From a virus (Duplodnaviria; Caudoviricetes): 64,000 bases of DNA. The notes beneath the pieces are model-generated. The model was not told the DNA's origin. It saw only the letters and a list, made by a program, of their open reading frames with translations, and ran no database searches. The stretch spans positions 32,001 through 96,000 of IMG/VR virus record IMGVR_UViG_3300021387_000036. One strand, 5' to 3'. Shown one piece after another: positions 41,073 through 51,107 of the stretch. Every line of letters starts with the position of its first letter. Positions within the stretch are counted from its first letter, which is position 1. A program made the translations under genes and the position numbers.

Positions 41073-41404
41073 ATATTAATCACACTCCCATGTTTACCTG
41101 TTTGTCTATATACCATAATAAATCTTTTAATTATTTGTGAATTATCATTCATAAATATAATATAATCTGCGGAGGCGCTCATCCCATGCATTAATGAGTC
41201 TAGGTCTTTATATTGCTGAGTGTAATATGGCAAACCTCTATATTGCGCCCATGTCTGTCCTAAAGTGAGGTCTCCGCAATATTCACCTACGTACCCGCCG
41301 ATTATATTAAATAAATACCTACCGCTTTCTTCAATTAAGTTCATTAATTCTTTATCTAAAATCTGTAAATGTTGCGGGTTGCCGCCAATTATAGCTACAT
41401 TCAT
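41069..41404 (-). CDS. SLOG/YpsA-like Rossmannoid protein
   Basis: VAIIGG...IIGG...TLGQTWA..RGLP...ADYIIF. Confidence 0.45.
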   Translation of the reverse strand: MNVAIIGGNPQHLQILDKELMNLIEESGRYLFNIIGGYVGEYCGDLTLGQTWAQYRGLPYYTQQYKDLDSLMHGMSASADYIIFMNDNSQIIKRFIMVYRQTGKHGSVINI

Positions 41405-41874
41405 ACTCCGCTTACCCAAACTAATTTATCAATATTTTCAGATACCAGATTTGGAACCTGAAAACTATTCTTCATGCGATACATATGGCTATCTGGAACT
41501 CTAATTATTCCTTCTCTTGCACTATTACGCTCCATACATATTTCAAAAGGAGTCTTGCATACTACCGCAATAATTTCATCTGGTTTTACAGTTAAAGAAT
41601 GAATTAGTTTATCTCTGCTCCTTCTATTTAAATGAGTAGCATCCGCAATAACAGTATCCCCATTAATTAAATGCATATCTATTCTATTACAAAATTCTTT
41701 ATATACTTCTTTTTCATGGTCAAAATAATGGTTTTTATCAGATACATATTCATATCTTACTTCATCTCTTGATACATATTTCCAAGTTGGATTTGCCTGT
41801 AATAAGGTTTCTTTTGCATAAGTGCTCTTCCCGCTACCTGGTATTCCGACCATAATTATTAATTTTCCAGCCAT
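41401..41874 (-). CDS. Polynucleotide kinase-like P-loop kinase (AAA_33)
   Basis: GIPGSGKST, VSRDEVR, DATHL...R, C.ERN..R...VP. Confidence 0.85.
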   Translation of the reverse strand: MAGKLIIMVGIPGSGKSTYAKETLLQANPTWKYVSRDEVRYEYVSDKNHYFDHEKEVYKEFCNRIDMHLINGDTVIADATHLNRRSRDKLIHSLTVKPDEIIAVVCKTPFEICMERNSAREGIIRVPDSHMYRMKNSFQVPNLVSENIDKLVWVSGV

Positions 41875-42173
41875 TCTTCATCACCTTCTATTTTATTCAT
41901 TTTAGCTTTAAAATCTCCTAATGTTAATATTCTATTCCCACTAGAATTAAAATTATTAAAATTAAATTCATTATAAAAATCTTCTAAAGTATATTCGCTA
42001 CCTTTTTCTTTTATTTCTACCATATTGGTCTCTTTATTACAATGCATACACCACATTCTTTTAAGATGACCAGGTTCTCGTTCCTGTCCCATTTTTCTCT
42101 GCACTGGGATATTTTTTCTCCCGCATTGTGTGCAATACATATCACTAATTGTCATTTTCATAGATACTATCAC
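41859..42173 (-). CDS. Zn-ribbon protein resembling ribosomal protein bL33 fold
   Basis: CTQCG.KN....HLKRMWCMHCNKETNMVE.K. Confidence 0.5.
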   Translation of the reverse strand: MIVSMKMTISDMYCTQCGRKNIPVQRKMGQEREPGHLKRMWCMHCNKETNMVEIKEKGSEYTLEDFYNEFNFNNFNSSGNRILTLGDFKAKMNKIEGDEEWLEN

Positions 42174-42274
42174 AACCTTTCTTCATATTTTTTCTATAAT
42201 TATTATAACAAAAAATTTAAAAATTTTCAATAAAAAAAAGTCACGATTATTATATAATAATCGTGACAAAAAAT

Positions 42275-43531
42275 TTACTGATGATAACGAATTAAAAAAC
42301 TATTTGATACTGCTTTAAAAGAACGTTCTCCATGGATATCTCTAAATACAATTCCTTCTCTTGGAAGTCCGTCTATTACAGATTTACCTTCTGCCATTTG
42401 AAGTAATTCATCACAAGTTTCAGGTAATTTAAAATTATATGATATAATAGGCACACATGGAATATTATATTTATCTAATATAACATTCATCATTGATGGA
42501 TTGTATCTAAAAGGAGCCCCTACTTTCGGTCCATATATTAAATTAAATGCCATAAACTTATGTTCTCCTTCTTGTAAAGAATATTCTCTTTTTTGAATAC
42601 CAGAACCATAAGTTTCACCTTGAATTGTAATAAATTCTAAATCTGGATGGTCTATAAGCATTTGAGCAAGTGTTTCTTTTATATTATATTTATGAGCCAT
42701 TTCTAAGTAAACATTAGTATTATAAAAACATCTATCTTCTTTTTCAGGTGTGTCAAAACATACATTCCTTGAACATACATAAAATTCAGGCTTGCCAAAT
42801 TTGTTTCTTTTCATAGTAAATGTAGTGCTAGTTCCATCTATTTTTTCAGTTGCCATCCATACTGCATCATGCCAATCTTCTGATGTAAATAACCAAGGCA
42901 TGTTCTGACATCTTTCCTCATCTGTTTTTGACACCCACTGCGGCCACCCGCCTTTCTTATCTTTAGCCTTGCCGAAGAATATGAAGAGAAGTTTCTTACC
43001 CCATTTCCGCTTCATTAACCAACGGAAGGGTTTCTTTTTAAATAAGTTAGGATGACGCTGTGCCATCTTCTTATATTTGTCTGCGGAAGGTGCTTTACGT
43101 TTATTATCATCAGCAACAGCATAAGTAATTCCAAGCTGTTTTGTAAGGAACATAGATTCCTCACCTGGTATATGCTGAACTCCATCTTTATCTACTACAT
43201 AATCAAAGCCACCTGCAAACTGGGCAGATTCAACTTTCCATCCAAAATCAGATGGGTGCATAAGCAGACCTTGAGAATAAAAAGTTTTAAACTTCTGTGT
43301 TTTAACCTTATAATGATACTTCTCAAGAAACTCGAATGGCGGGAGCTCAGGTGTTTTTGCATCAACCTCGATATATATACCCAGGTCGCCAGGTTTAAAC
43401 ACACCTTTACGAACCATCGTACGCCATCCACCGACGACCGCCGCCTCCACTCTATCTTTTCCTTCTATTGGTTCTATTGCGTCTACATATGTTACAAAAG
43501 CTAATTCTCTTTCTTTCTTGCTATTTAACAT
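42275..43531 (-). CDS. RNA ligase (Rnl2/DRB0094-type) with N-terminal OB-like domain
   Basis: KTDEER, motif I TEKIDGTS, VCSRN, QGE.YG.GIQ, REGIV, SFKAVS. Confidence 0.88.
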   Translation of the reverse strand: MLNSKKERELAFVTYVDAIEPIEGKDRVEAAVVGGWRTMVRKGVFKPGDLGIYIEVDAKTPELPPFEFLEKYHYKVKTQKFKTFYSQGLLMHPSDFGWKVESAQFAGGFDYVVDKDGVQHIPGEESMFLTKQLGITYAVADDNKRKAPSADKYKKMAQRHPNLFKKKPFRWLMKRKWGKKLLFIFFGKAKDKKGGWPQWVSKTDEERCQNMPWLFTSEDWHDAVWMATEKIDGTSTTFTMKRNKFGKPEFYVCSRNVCFDTPEKEDRCFYNTNVYLEMAHKYNIKETLAQMLIDHPDLEFITIQGETYGSGIQKREYSLQEGEHKFMAFNLIYGPKVGAPFRYNPSMMNVILDKYNIPCVPIISYNFKLPETCDELLQMAEGKSVIDGLPREGIVFRDIHGERSFKAVSNSFLIRYHQ

Positions 43532-43552
43532 ATTTTTATCACTTCCTTTATA

Positions 43553-43756
43553 TTATTTTAAATTATAAACATAAACTCCATATCTATAAATATAATAATT
43601 TATCCACATAAACATTAAAAAAATTAAGCTCAAATCAGAATATCTCTTATATTCTTTTTCATCTTTTGCGGTTATTCCTTTATACATAGTAAAAATCCAT
43701 ATAACAAGAGAAATAAACCACAAAAATATGGGAGTCATTACTTCAATTCTTGTCAT
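43553..43756 (-). CDS. Small two-TM membrane protein
   Basis: Two hydrophobic segments; first gene after class I promoter. Confidence 0.6.
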   Translation of the reverse strand: MTRIEVMTPIFLWFISLVIWIFTMYKGITAKDEKEYKRYSDLSLIFLMFMWINYYIYRYGVYVYNLK

Positions 43757-43844
43757 CTTTATAATCTCCTTTCATTTTTTTCTTTATTATATTATAAAAT
43801 ATTTTTTGAAAAAAATCAAAAAAAAATAAAGAGTAGCTAAAAAG

Positions 43845-44813
43845 CTACTCTTCATAATCTAAAATTTCAGAAATTACATCAACATTTTCCCAGTATGACT
43901 GATCAAATACACTTGGAGTATCAACTTCTTGAATACATTTCCATAATAAATCATTATATATACAATAGTCTCCTACTTTATATATTTTAGTTGACTCATA
44001 TTTACGAGTTAAACTACTGTCATTAATCGTTCGTGCGGGAGTCGCTAATTTAAAAACTGGACATCTATATACTGTATTATCAGTAAATGCTATAAAATTA
44101 TATCCATGTATTGTAAAAGTTGCGCCTGGCGCAGACATTATTCCACTCACAAATAAATAAATATATTTACTTAATGTATTAGTATCATTAAATGCCATTT
44201 TAACCAAACTAACTCCAAAATGATTTTCAATAATTTTAGCTTCAGAATTAGCTTCGCTTCCATATGATATATTTCCAGTTTTAATATTTAATGTATTCCA
44301 TTGAAAATGGGTAGGGTCTTCACCCTCTCCTTTTTGCTCATCCCGCCACCCTGCTCGCCAATCATAATCATCTTCCGCAGGAGTTAACACAAGCAACCCA
44401 TTATTCATTATTTTACCTTTGGGAACTAATTCAGAGGTTCCTGCTTCCTCGTCTGTTTCTCTTGTGTAGTTATTTTCACAACAGAAATAAATTTTATCTT
44501 GATGTACACCATTAGCAATTTGAGATATACATATCGCAATCCCGCCATCTAATAGCTTAACTGCTAAACACCCTATTGAACTTTGAGTTACATCAAAAGG
44601 TTCTAATTTTTGTTCATTTTGAATAATTAAAGAGGATGCGCTATTTTCATTTATTTCATAATAAGGAATATTATCAATAACTGCATCTTGTTTATTTTCA
44701 TATAAAGGAGTGTAATAATATTTATTATTATCTATCACTGTTGTAAAATTACAATCAGTTAAAAAACTAATTAATTCATTATAATTAGTGCATATTTTTT
44801 TAATAATATCCAT
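43845..44813 (-). CDS. Virion-accessory protein with C-terminal CBM5/12-like module
   Basis: YKVGDYCIYNDLLWKC...YW; last gene of tail-fibre block. Confidence 0.55.
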   Translation of the reverse strand: MDIIKKICTNYNELISFLTDCNFTTVIDNNKYYYTPLYENKQDAVIDNIPYYEINENSASSLIIQNEQKLEPFDVTQSSIGCLAVKLLDGGIAICISQIANGVHQDKIYFCCENNYTRETDEEAGTSELVPKGKIMNNGLLVLTPAEDDYDWRAGWRDEQKGEGEDPTHFQWNTLNIKTGNISYGSEANSEAKIIENHFGVSLVKMAFNDTNTLSKYIYLFVSGIMSAPGATFTIHGYNFIAFTDNTVYRCPVFKLATPARTINDSSLTRKYESTKIYKVGDYCIYNDLLWKCIQEVDTPSVFDQSYWENVDVISEILDYEE

Positions 44814-44826
44814 TTATTAACCTCCT

Positions 44827-45714
44827 TTAATTTATTGGTAATTCTGCAACAAAAGGCATTTCATAGCATATAAATTGTCTATTGCCTATTGAAAAAATAC
44901 TTCTATTTTTAATTTGTGTGGGTTTATTTATAAAACAATATAATCCATTAACTGGAGTTCCATTGTTTAAATAAACTTGCATAAGGGTGCAATCAGTTTC
45001 ATTTGTTTGTATGTAATTTTCTGGATTGCTTATATAATCTCCAGAAAGTGCTAAATCTGTTATAAGATTATTATATCCATCAGAAGCTAAAAAATTATAA
45101 ACCTGTTTTTCACCTAAATCTAATTTTATATCAGAAAAATAGCCGCCACCTGAAGACCAATATCGTTCAAAAGCTATATGAGTTCCTGCCTTATGATAAA
45201 TATAACTAAATTTATTTTTATCTTTAGTTGGTAAGCATATTAAATCAAATCCATCAACTGCACGAACATAATTACTATCTATGAAATCAAAATTTAATTG
45301 AATAGTATTATAATTTACCCAATCTCTCCTACCATACCAATGACCCACCCCATTAAAAAAGAATCCATAACCTTTAAGTGGAATAATAATTATTTTAGGA
45401 GAAGGAATAGTAGAATCGTCTCCATAATTCCAACTAGATCCAGCCATATAGTTGGGTCCTGTTGTGTTATTTGAATAGGTTGGAATAAATATAGTTGAAT
45501 TTTGTCCAATAGCATTGCTACACCTCATAGAAATATAAAAATCATTTATTCTATCTTTGCCCCATTTAAAATTAAAATCTGTTTCATCTTTAGGTTTAAT
45601 AATTGGATTAAAATCTAAATCTGTAAAACCTAATGATGTTAAATCTTGAGTAATTTCACCATAAGGCCACTTATTCGCGCTATAATTTCGTTTAAATATT
45701 TGCATTTTAATCAC
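44827..45714 (-). CDS. Putative tail/receptor-binding accessory protein (paralog family)
   Basis: Shares LGF.D, FKW..D..N.FY, PLK..GFF, LY....P....FSI.N..F with 45711-46571. Confidence 0.55.
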   Translation of the reverse strand: MIKMQIFKRNYSANKWPYGEITQDLTSLGFTDLDFNPIIKPKDETDFNFKWGKDRINDFYISMRCSNAIGQNSTIFIPTYSNNTTGPNYMAGSSWNYGDDSTIPSPKIIIIPLKGYGFFFNGVGHWYGRRDWVNYNTIQLNFDFIDSNYVRAVDGFDLICLPTKDKNKFSYIYHKAGTHIAFERYWSSGGGYFSDIKLDLGEKQVYNFLASDGYNNLITDLALSGDYISNPENYIQTNETDCTLMQVYLNNGTPVNGLYCFINKPTQIKNRSIFSIGNRQFICYEMPFVAELPIN

Positions 45715-46571
45715 TCTCCTTCTTTTAGTTGAATAACTAAATTGTCAAATATTAATAAATAATTTTTATTATCAATACTAAAAAACGAACCTGGTAATAT
45801 ATTATTTGGAACTTGAGTAGCTATATATAAATTATCCATAAAACTATTTTGTAAAGGTATTTTACTAAAAATAAAATTACTATTATCATTTAATATTGTT
45901 CGTTTATTAGTAGCAGTATCTGAAAAAGATTGAAAATCATTATAACGATTACTACTTAAAAATATATCATGATAATAGCTAGTATAATCATTATAATGTC
46001 CACTTCCACCATAATGATATAGTCCCCAATGTAAATATATTAATCCTCCTTGATTTTCTCCTTGAGTGATGGGAATCCCAACCACACTGAAAACTTTATC
46101 TCCTCTATGATCCCATGAATTAAATTCATCATATGTGTAATTAAGTAAATAAGTTAATGGATAAATTTGAGAATCATCTCCAAAACTAACTGGTCCAGAA
46201 CAAGTAGTTAAAAAGAATCCGTTATCTTTTAAAGGTAGAAAATATAAACACATTGATCCAGGTCCTACATAATATTCACCTTGAGACCAAAATTCTATGT
46301 TATTCGCAGTAGGAGTATATAATGAAAATCCTGAACCTGTATTAAAGTAAGGTCTAAAATAAAAGTTGTTAAAATTATCTGTTTTCCATTTTATTTCTCT
46401 TGAGTATTTATTTTCATATGTTCCTTTTTTTTCACTTGGCATTATAGATTGAATATAATTTCCAGTGTATCTATCAACAAAACCAAAATCTCTAAAAGTT
46501 TTAATAACAGTCCCATCTTCCCATTCACTTCCAGTTACTCTATAAGGATACCATTTAGCAAAATAATTCAT
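45711..46571 (-). CDS. Putative tail/receptor-binding accessory protein (paralog family)
   Basis: Paralog of 44827-45714; start at MNYFAKW after GGAGAGTGAG. Confidence 0.55.
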   Translation of the reverse strand: MNYFAKWYPYRVTGSEWEDGTVIKTFRDFGFVDRYTGNYIQSIMPSEKKGTYENKYSREIKWKTDNFNNFYFRPYFNTGSGFSLYTPTANNIEFWSQGEYYVGPGSMCLYFLPLKDNGFFLTTCSGPVSFGDDSQIYPLTYLLNYTYDEFNSWDHRGDKVFSVVGIPITQGENQGGLIYLHWGLYHYGGSGHYNDYTSYYHDIFLSSNRYNDFQSFSDTATNKRTILNDNSNFIFSKIPLQNSFMDNLYIATQVPNNILPGSFFSIDNKNYLLIFDNLVIQLKEGE

Positions 46572-46572
46572 A

Positions 46573-47958
46573 CTACTCACTCTCCTTTGGAGATAAGGAA
46601 ATTTCATTAACTGTTATAGTTGCTTGACTATAATTATAATAAATACAAAAATAGAATTTTTCATTAGGATTTAAATTTATTGAAATGGTATTATCTCCAT
46701 TATATATTCTTTGATTTATACTTTGTATTCTATATTCTCCAGTAGAATATAAATCTGGTAATTTTGCATTGTTATTAATAAAAGTTCCATATTGAATATC
46801 TTTATATGAATCACTATAAAGTTTTATTGTTAATATACCACCTAAACTATCAAATTGATCTGCATTAATCCAAAAACCAACACATCCGCCTTCTGGTTCT
46901 GGTATCCAAGTAGGAGATCCAACTATTAAAGTACCATTCTCTCTATCATATTCTACAGTTGAATAAGTTTGTAAATTAAAATTTTCATCATCTATAAATT
47001 TACCATCTTTTAAAAAGTAAACAGTTCCATCATCAAGCGGAGCTGTTTCTATCCCAAAAGAAGTTAATAGCGGAGATGCTTTGCTAGAAGTAGCTAAAGT
47101 GTTAGTGGCTAAATTAGTTACAATATTAGTTTCATCTGTATTATTAAAAGGAATAATTCTACTTGTGCCTTGTTCAAAGTATCCTTGTTTTCCTTCTGAT
47201 GTGATACCATATTTGAATTGATATTCATTTCCACTATAAACATATTTTAATCTATTTTCTAAATCAGTAATATGGTTTTCAAATTGCCTAATTAAAGTGT
47301 CTATTTTATTACGATATATATTAAAGGCTTGCGCGATTGCTCTATTTTCAATTCCATTAGTTGATTCTGTATCCAATTTATTATCAAGAGTAATAACACC
47401 TGCGCGCAGCCACGCTAAAAAATCAGCTTCCGTTCCAGTATGTCCTTGGTCTAACCAAATTTGATAGGTTGATTTACCTTCATCACCTTTCAATACTTCA
47501 ACTTGTTCATCTGTTAAAGTAACTTCTCCTACTGGACCTTGAGGACCTGGGATTCCCTGAGGACCTTGTGGACCTATTTGTCCTTGAAACCCACGTATTT
47601 GTTCTTTTTGTTCAGGTGTCAAATCATCAAATGAGACAGTTATATCTCCATCTTTACCTTTAACATTAATACCTGTATTCTCGTTATTAACATACACCCA
47701 ACCATTTACGTCTATATATATCTGGTCTCTTTCCCAAAAATTGGCGTCCCCGCTATAATCGCCATGTTCCATTACTGTCATATCTTTTAAATATATGTCA
47801 ATAGGAGTCCAATAGTCAGGATTAAATACAGGGTTTTTATTAATTGATGGTTGACTACTTCGATAAATTACTCCAAGATAACTTACATAGACTCCATTAT
47901 CATATGAGATACTTGAGTCCCATTGTTTAGGAAGAGTATTATTTTCTGTTATAGCCAT
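46573..47958 (-). CDS. Collagen-repeat tail fibre protein with N-terminal CBM-like module
   Basis: (GXX)n GPQGPQGIPGPQGP, GKSTYQIWL..G..GTEADFL. Confidence 0.7.
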   Translation of the reverse strand: MAITENNTLPKQWDSSISYDNGVYVSYLGVIYRSSQPSINKNPVFNPDYWTPIDIYLKDMTVMEHGDYSGDANFWERDQIYIDVNGWVYVNNENTGINVKGKDGDITVSFDDLTPEQKEQIRGFQGQIGPQGPQGIPGPQGPVGEVTLTDEQVEVLKGDEGKSTYQIWLDQGHTGTEADFLAWLRAGVITLDNKLDTESTNGIENRAIAQAFNIYRNKIDTLIRQFENHITDLENRLKYVYSGNEYQFKYGITSEGKQGYFEQGTSRIIPFNNTDETNIVTNLATNTLATSSKASPLLTSFGIETAPLDDGTVYFLKDGKFIDDENFNLQTYSTVEYDRENGTLIVGSPTWIPEPEGGCVGFWINADQFDSLGGILTIKLYSDSYKDIQYGTFINNNAKLPDLYSTGEYRIQSINQRIYNGDNTISINLNPNEKFYFCIYYNYSQATITVNEISLSPKESE

Positions 47959-47961
47959 TTA

Positions 47962-49677
47962 TTATTCTCCCCCTTCCTCTTCTTCAGTTTCTGTATCTTT
48001 TAATTTAATATAGAATTGATCTGCATCAATTCCATAAGTATATACATTTTCAGTATATGTATCATCTATTAATTCATGAGTATTTCGTAACTCATTTATT
48101 TCTGCTTGTAAATTAGTTATTTGTGTTTGCATTGCTGCAACGGTTTGTTTTAATCTAGTATATTCATTATAATCAACAAAACCATAAGTAGGATTCATTC
48201 CTTTAGATACTAAATATTGATATATATTTCCAGAATTTACAAAATTTGCACTATTAGGAGTTGGTGCGGTATCTAATACTAATGTATCTTGTTTATTTGA
48301 TAAAGTATTACCTGCCCCATCTGTTACATTACCCAATACTTCAAAATCACCATTATTGGTTAAAAATAAAAGATTAGACCTATTATCTGTAGAAGTTCCA
48401 TTACCAATTTCAAAAGCATGAGTTAAATTAGATTCATTATATTTACCAAATATTATTTGATTACTATTACTAGCAACTAACCCTCTACCAAGAGCAATAA
48501 CATTTTGATTTAGTGCGGTTTCCGCATTTGTTTTTAATACTGTCCTAATTGGATTCCAGGTTAAACTGTTGGTATAATATGCAGAATCCATAATTCCATC
48601 TGTTGCGGTAACTGGATGGAAAAAGTTTAAGTCACTGTTATCATCATATAATACTTGAGTAGGTTTACCTGCACCTACTGTAATAGATTCTAATGCTGCG
48701 GCAATAGCTGAATTAGTTACTGGATTTGTTGATTGACTATTGATTTCTGTATCAATTTGGTAATTATCTATAAAGTTTTTATAAGTATTATTAAAATCAT
48801 TAGCAGACAACCCTTTTCCTTGCTCTTTTGTTACTTTGTCTGATAATTTATTTCCTTTACCATCGTAAACTTCATTTGAAGCTTTCGCATCTCCAGATTT
48901 AGTAACTACAAAAGCATTTGAAGGAACTAATTCTCCACCATTTCCAAGTTCAAAAAGATTATCTGCTTCATTTTTATTATATGAGCCAAGAGCAATTTGA
49001 TGTGTAGTAGATGTTTTTGTTCCTTGTCCAGCTGTAAAACTATAATCACCATTCGCTTTAGTATCACATCCTGCGGCAAGCGCTCCTTGCCCAGTCGCCG
49101 TGTTGCGGAGACCTTTATAATTAACTAATAAAGACCCCGTTCCCGCACCTTCTTTAACTAAATCTTCTCTGATGTTGGCAAGCATATCATAAAATTCAGA
49201 AAGCGGATGTTCTTCTGGGTGGTCTAACCATCCATTGTCTTGCAACCAAACCTCATATGCACTAAGTCCATCTGTACCATCTATTCCATCTCGTCCGTTA
49301 GTACCATTAATACCGTCCGCGCCCTTATCACCTTTTAATGTTGCCTTTTGTTCTTCTGTTAATTCGTCAAAGTTAATATTAGTTAAACCTGCGGGTCCCC
49401 GCACATTGATACCAGTATTCTCACCTCGATAGAATAAATACCCATTTATATCAATAATAATCGGGTAGTCTGTCCAAAAGTCTGTAGTTGGTCCAGTATT
49501 ATTTTCATCTTGATCCATAGTTGATTGAGATATTGTAGACATAGGAAAGAAGCTTCTATCATATACAAAGCTACCATCTTCTTTTTCTTTTGGAGTACCT
49601 GGTAATGGAGATACTGTATCATTTCCCTGATTATATATATCATAATCATCTGTTGTGACGTTCCAATTATTAGCCAT
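47962..49677 (-). CDS. Tail fibre protein (collagen-like plus YadA-like head repeats)
   Basis: GDKGADGINGTNGRDG, GLSAYEVWL, GKGLSANDF, G.YN...FE.GNG repeats, coiled coil. Confidence 0.7.
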   Translation of the reverse strand: MANNWNVTTDDYDIYNQGNDTVSPLPGTPKEKEDGSFVYDRSFFPMSTISQSTMDQDENNTGPTTDFWTDYPIIIDINGYLFYRGENTGINVRGPAGLTNINFDELTEEQKATLKGDKGADGINGTNGRDGIDGTDGLSAYEVWLQDNGWLDHPEEHPLSEFYDMLANIREDLVKEGAGTGSLLVNYKGLRNTATGQGALAAGCDTKANGDYSFTAGQGTKTSTTHQIALGSYNKNEADNLFELGNGGELVPSNAFVVTKSGDAKASNEVYDGKGNKLSDKVTKEQGKGLSANDFNNTYKNFIDNYQIDTEINSQSTNPVTNSAIAAALESITVGAGKPTQVLYDDNSDLNFFHPVTATDGIMDSAYYTNSLTWNPIRTVLKTNAETALNQNVIALGRGLVASNSNQIIFGKYNESNLTHAFEIGNGTSTDNRSNLLFLTNNGDFEVLGNVTDGAGNTLSNKQDTLVLDTAPTPNSANFVNSGNIYQYLVSKGMNPTYGFVDYNEYTRLKQTVAAMQTQITNLQAEINELRNTHELIDDTYTENVYTYGIDADQFYIKLKDTETEEEEGGE

Positions 49678-49797
49678 ATTTTAGAATCTCCTTTCTTATA
49701 AAATATATTCATAATATATCTCATTTTATTGTTTTTTAATTTAAACAAAAAAGCCCAATAAAAAAATGGGAGTAGTTAAAAAACTACTCCCATAATT

Positions 49798-50013
49798 TTA
49801 CTCATTTTCTACTTCTTCAACAGTAATACTAGAAGTAATAATACAATTTTTAACAACTTTAATGTTGCTTAAAAAGTTGTCTTGCATAAGTTCTGCAACT
49901 TTAGTTTGAACATTTTCAAGACTATCTTCAGTATAAACTGTTCCGTCTGAATTTTGTAAATACTTCCATCTTTCTGCGGTTGATGTAGAAACTTTTAATA
50001 GGATAGAATACAT
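49798..50013 (-). CDS. Hypothetical protein
   Basis: 71-aa ORF with AGGAGG RBS; followed by GGGAGTAGTT hairpin terminator. Confidence 0.65.
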   Translation of the reverse strand: MYSILLKVSTSTAERWKYLQNSDGTVYTEDSLENVQTKVAELMQDNFLSNIKVVKNCIITSSITVEEVENE

Positions 50014-50034
50014 TTGAATATCCTCCTTTGTATA

Positions 50035-50598
50035 TTAATGAACCTCTTTCATCATTAATTCTTTGTATTTATGATGAAAAGGTTTTTGTTCATCAATAAT
50101 TACATTTATATCATAATCTGAAGCCATTTTATAAAGTTGATATTTTTCAGCGGTTTGAAGCTCTTTTTCAACTTCACATAGAATTTTCTTTAATTTACAA
50201 CTCGCGCCAACTTCTCCTAAACTATCTAACTCTTGACATTTTTTCTGATAAAGTTTACAAGTGTCTTTCTCCCATTGCACCCATGAGTCTAATCCATCTT
50301 TTACAGCTGCGCGTTTGGTTTTAGAATCTACGTCTTGTCTACGGTATCCTAACCAACTTTGTGGAACTACATCTGGATTTTCAAATGGAAGAGGCGGTAA
50401 TAGCTGATTATATTTTTTTATATAATAATGATATAGTTTTCTATAACTATGGCTTTCATCAAAGAAATGATATTCATGACATCTTTTATATCCTTCTAAT
50501 CCTAAAAAATCATAATAATTTGCTGACTGTTCATGAAACATAAGTCCTTTTAACATATGTCCGAGAATTTCTTTAAAAATGTCTTCTACTGTTGCCAT
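50035..50598 (-). CDS. Ferritin-like four-helix-bundle protein (putative)
   Basis: H/E-rich helices (MFHEQ, CHEYHFFDE, WEKDT, EVEKEL). Confidence 0.5.
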   Translation of the reverse strand: MATVEDIFKEILGHMLKGLMFHEQSANYYDFLGLEGYKRCHEYHFFDESHSYRKLYHYYIKKYNQLLPPLPFENPDVVPQSWLGYRRQDVDSKTKRAAVKDGLDSWVQWEKDTCKLYQKKCQELDSLGEVGASCKLKKILCEVEKELQTAEKYQLYKMASDYDINVIIDEQKPFHHKYKELMMKEVH

Positions 50599-50609
50599 AA
50601 TTATCTCCT

Positions 50610-51017
50610 TTAACAAACTTTAGTCACTACTATATGAGCTATTGAATAATTGCCTGCTTCACCGGTGTTTATAATTTGAATAGTTGTAGGACTTGAGCAG
50701 CAACATGGAGTATTGTTTTGAGGTACTTGAACTAAAGTTTCAAAACAGAGTGATGAACTATCTCCTGCTGCGCCGGTTTCGATTGATTGAGCTTGTGGCT
50801 GAACTACTCCATTTTTACTAAGCTGGATTGAGACATCTCCAACCGCGGTTGGCGCAATAGAACCATCTACATGAATCATATATACTCCAGCTTTGTTTAA
50901 TTGAATAGTTGCGGGAGCTGATAAAGTAGCTGTGCAACCTTTGCGAATTGTTACGTTATTAAAAGGAATTGCTGCGCCTTCTGCAACATCTATATCTGTA
51001 CTATAAGCTTCTAACAT
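50610..51017 (-). CDS. BclA-C-terminal/C1q-like beta-sandwich protein
   Basis: AIPF....TIQLNKAGVYMI...IQL..NG...PQA; ends VVTKV. Confidence 0.55.
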   Translation of the reverse strand: MLEAYSTDIDVAEGAAIPFNNVTIRKGCTATLSAPATIQLNKAGVYMIHVDGSIAPTAVGDVSIQLSKNGVVQPQAQSIETGAAGDSSSLCFETLVQVPQNNTPCCCSSPTTIQIINTGEAGNYSIAHIVVTKVC

Positions 51018-51107
51018 TTTTTTTACCCTCCTATATATTAAAAAAATGGGTGTACTTATTGAATAAGTACACCCATAAAATTAGACGTACTAAATACGTT
51101 CAGTTAA

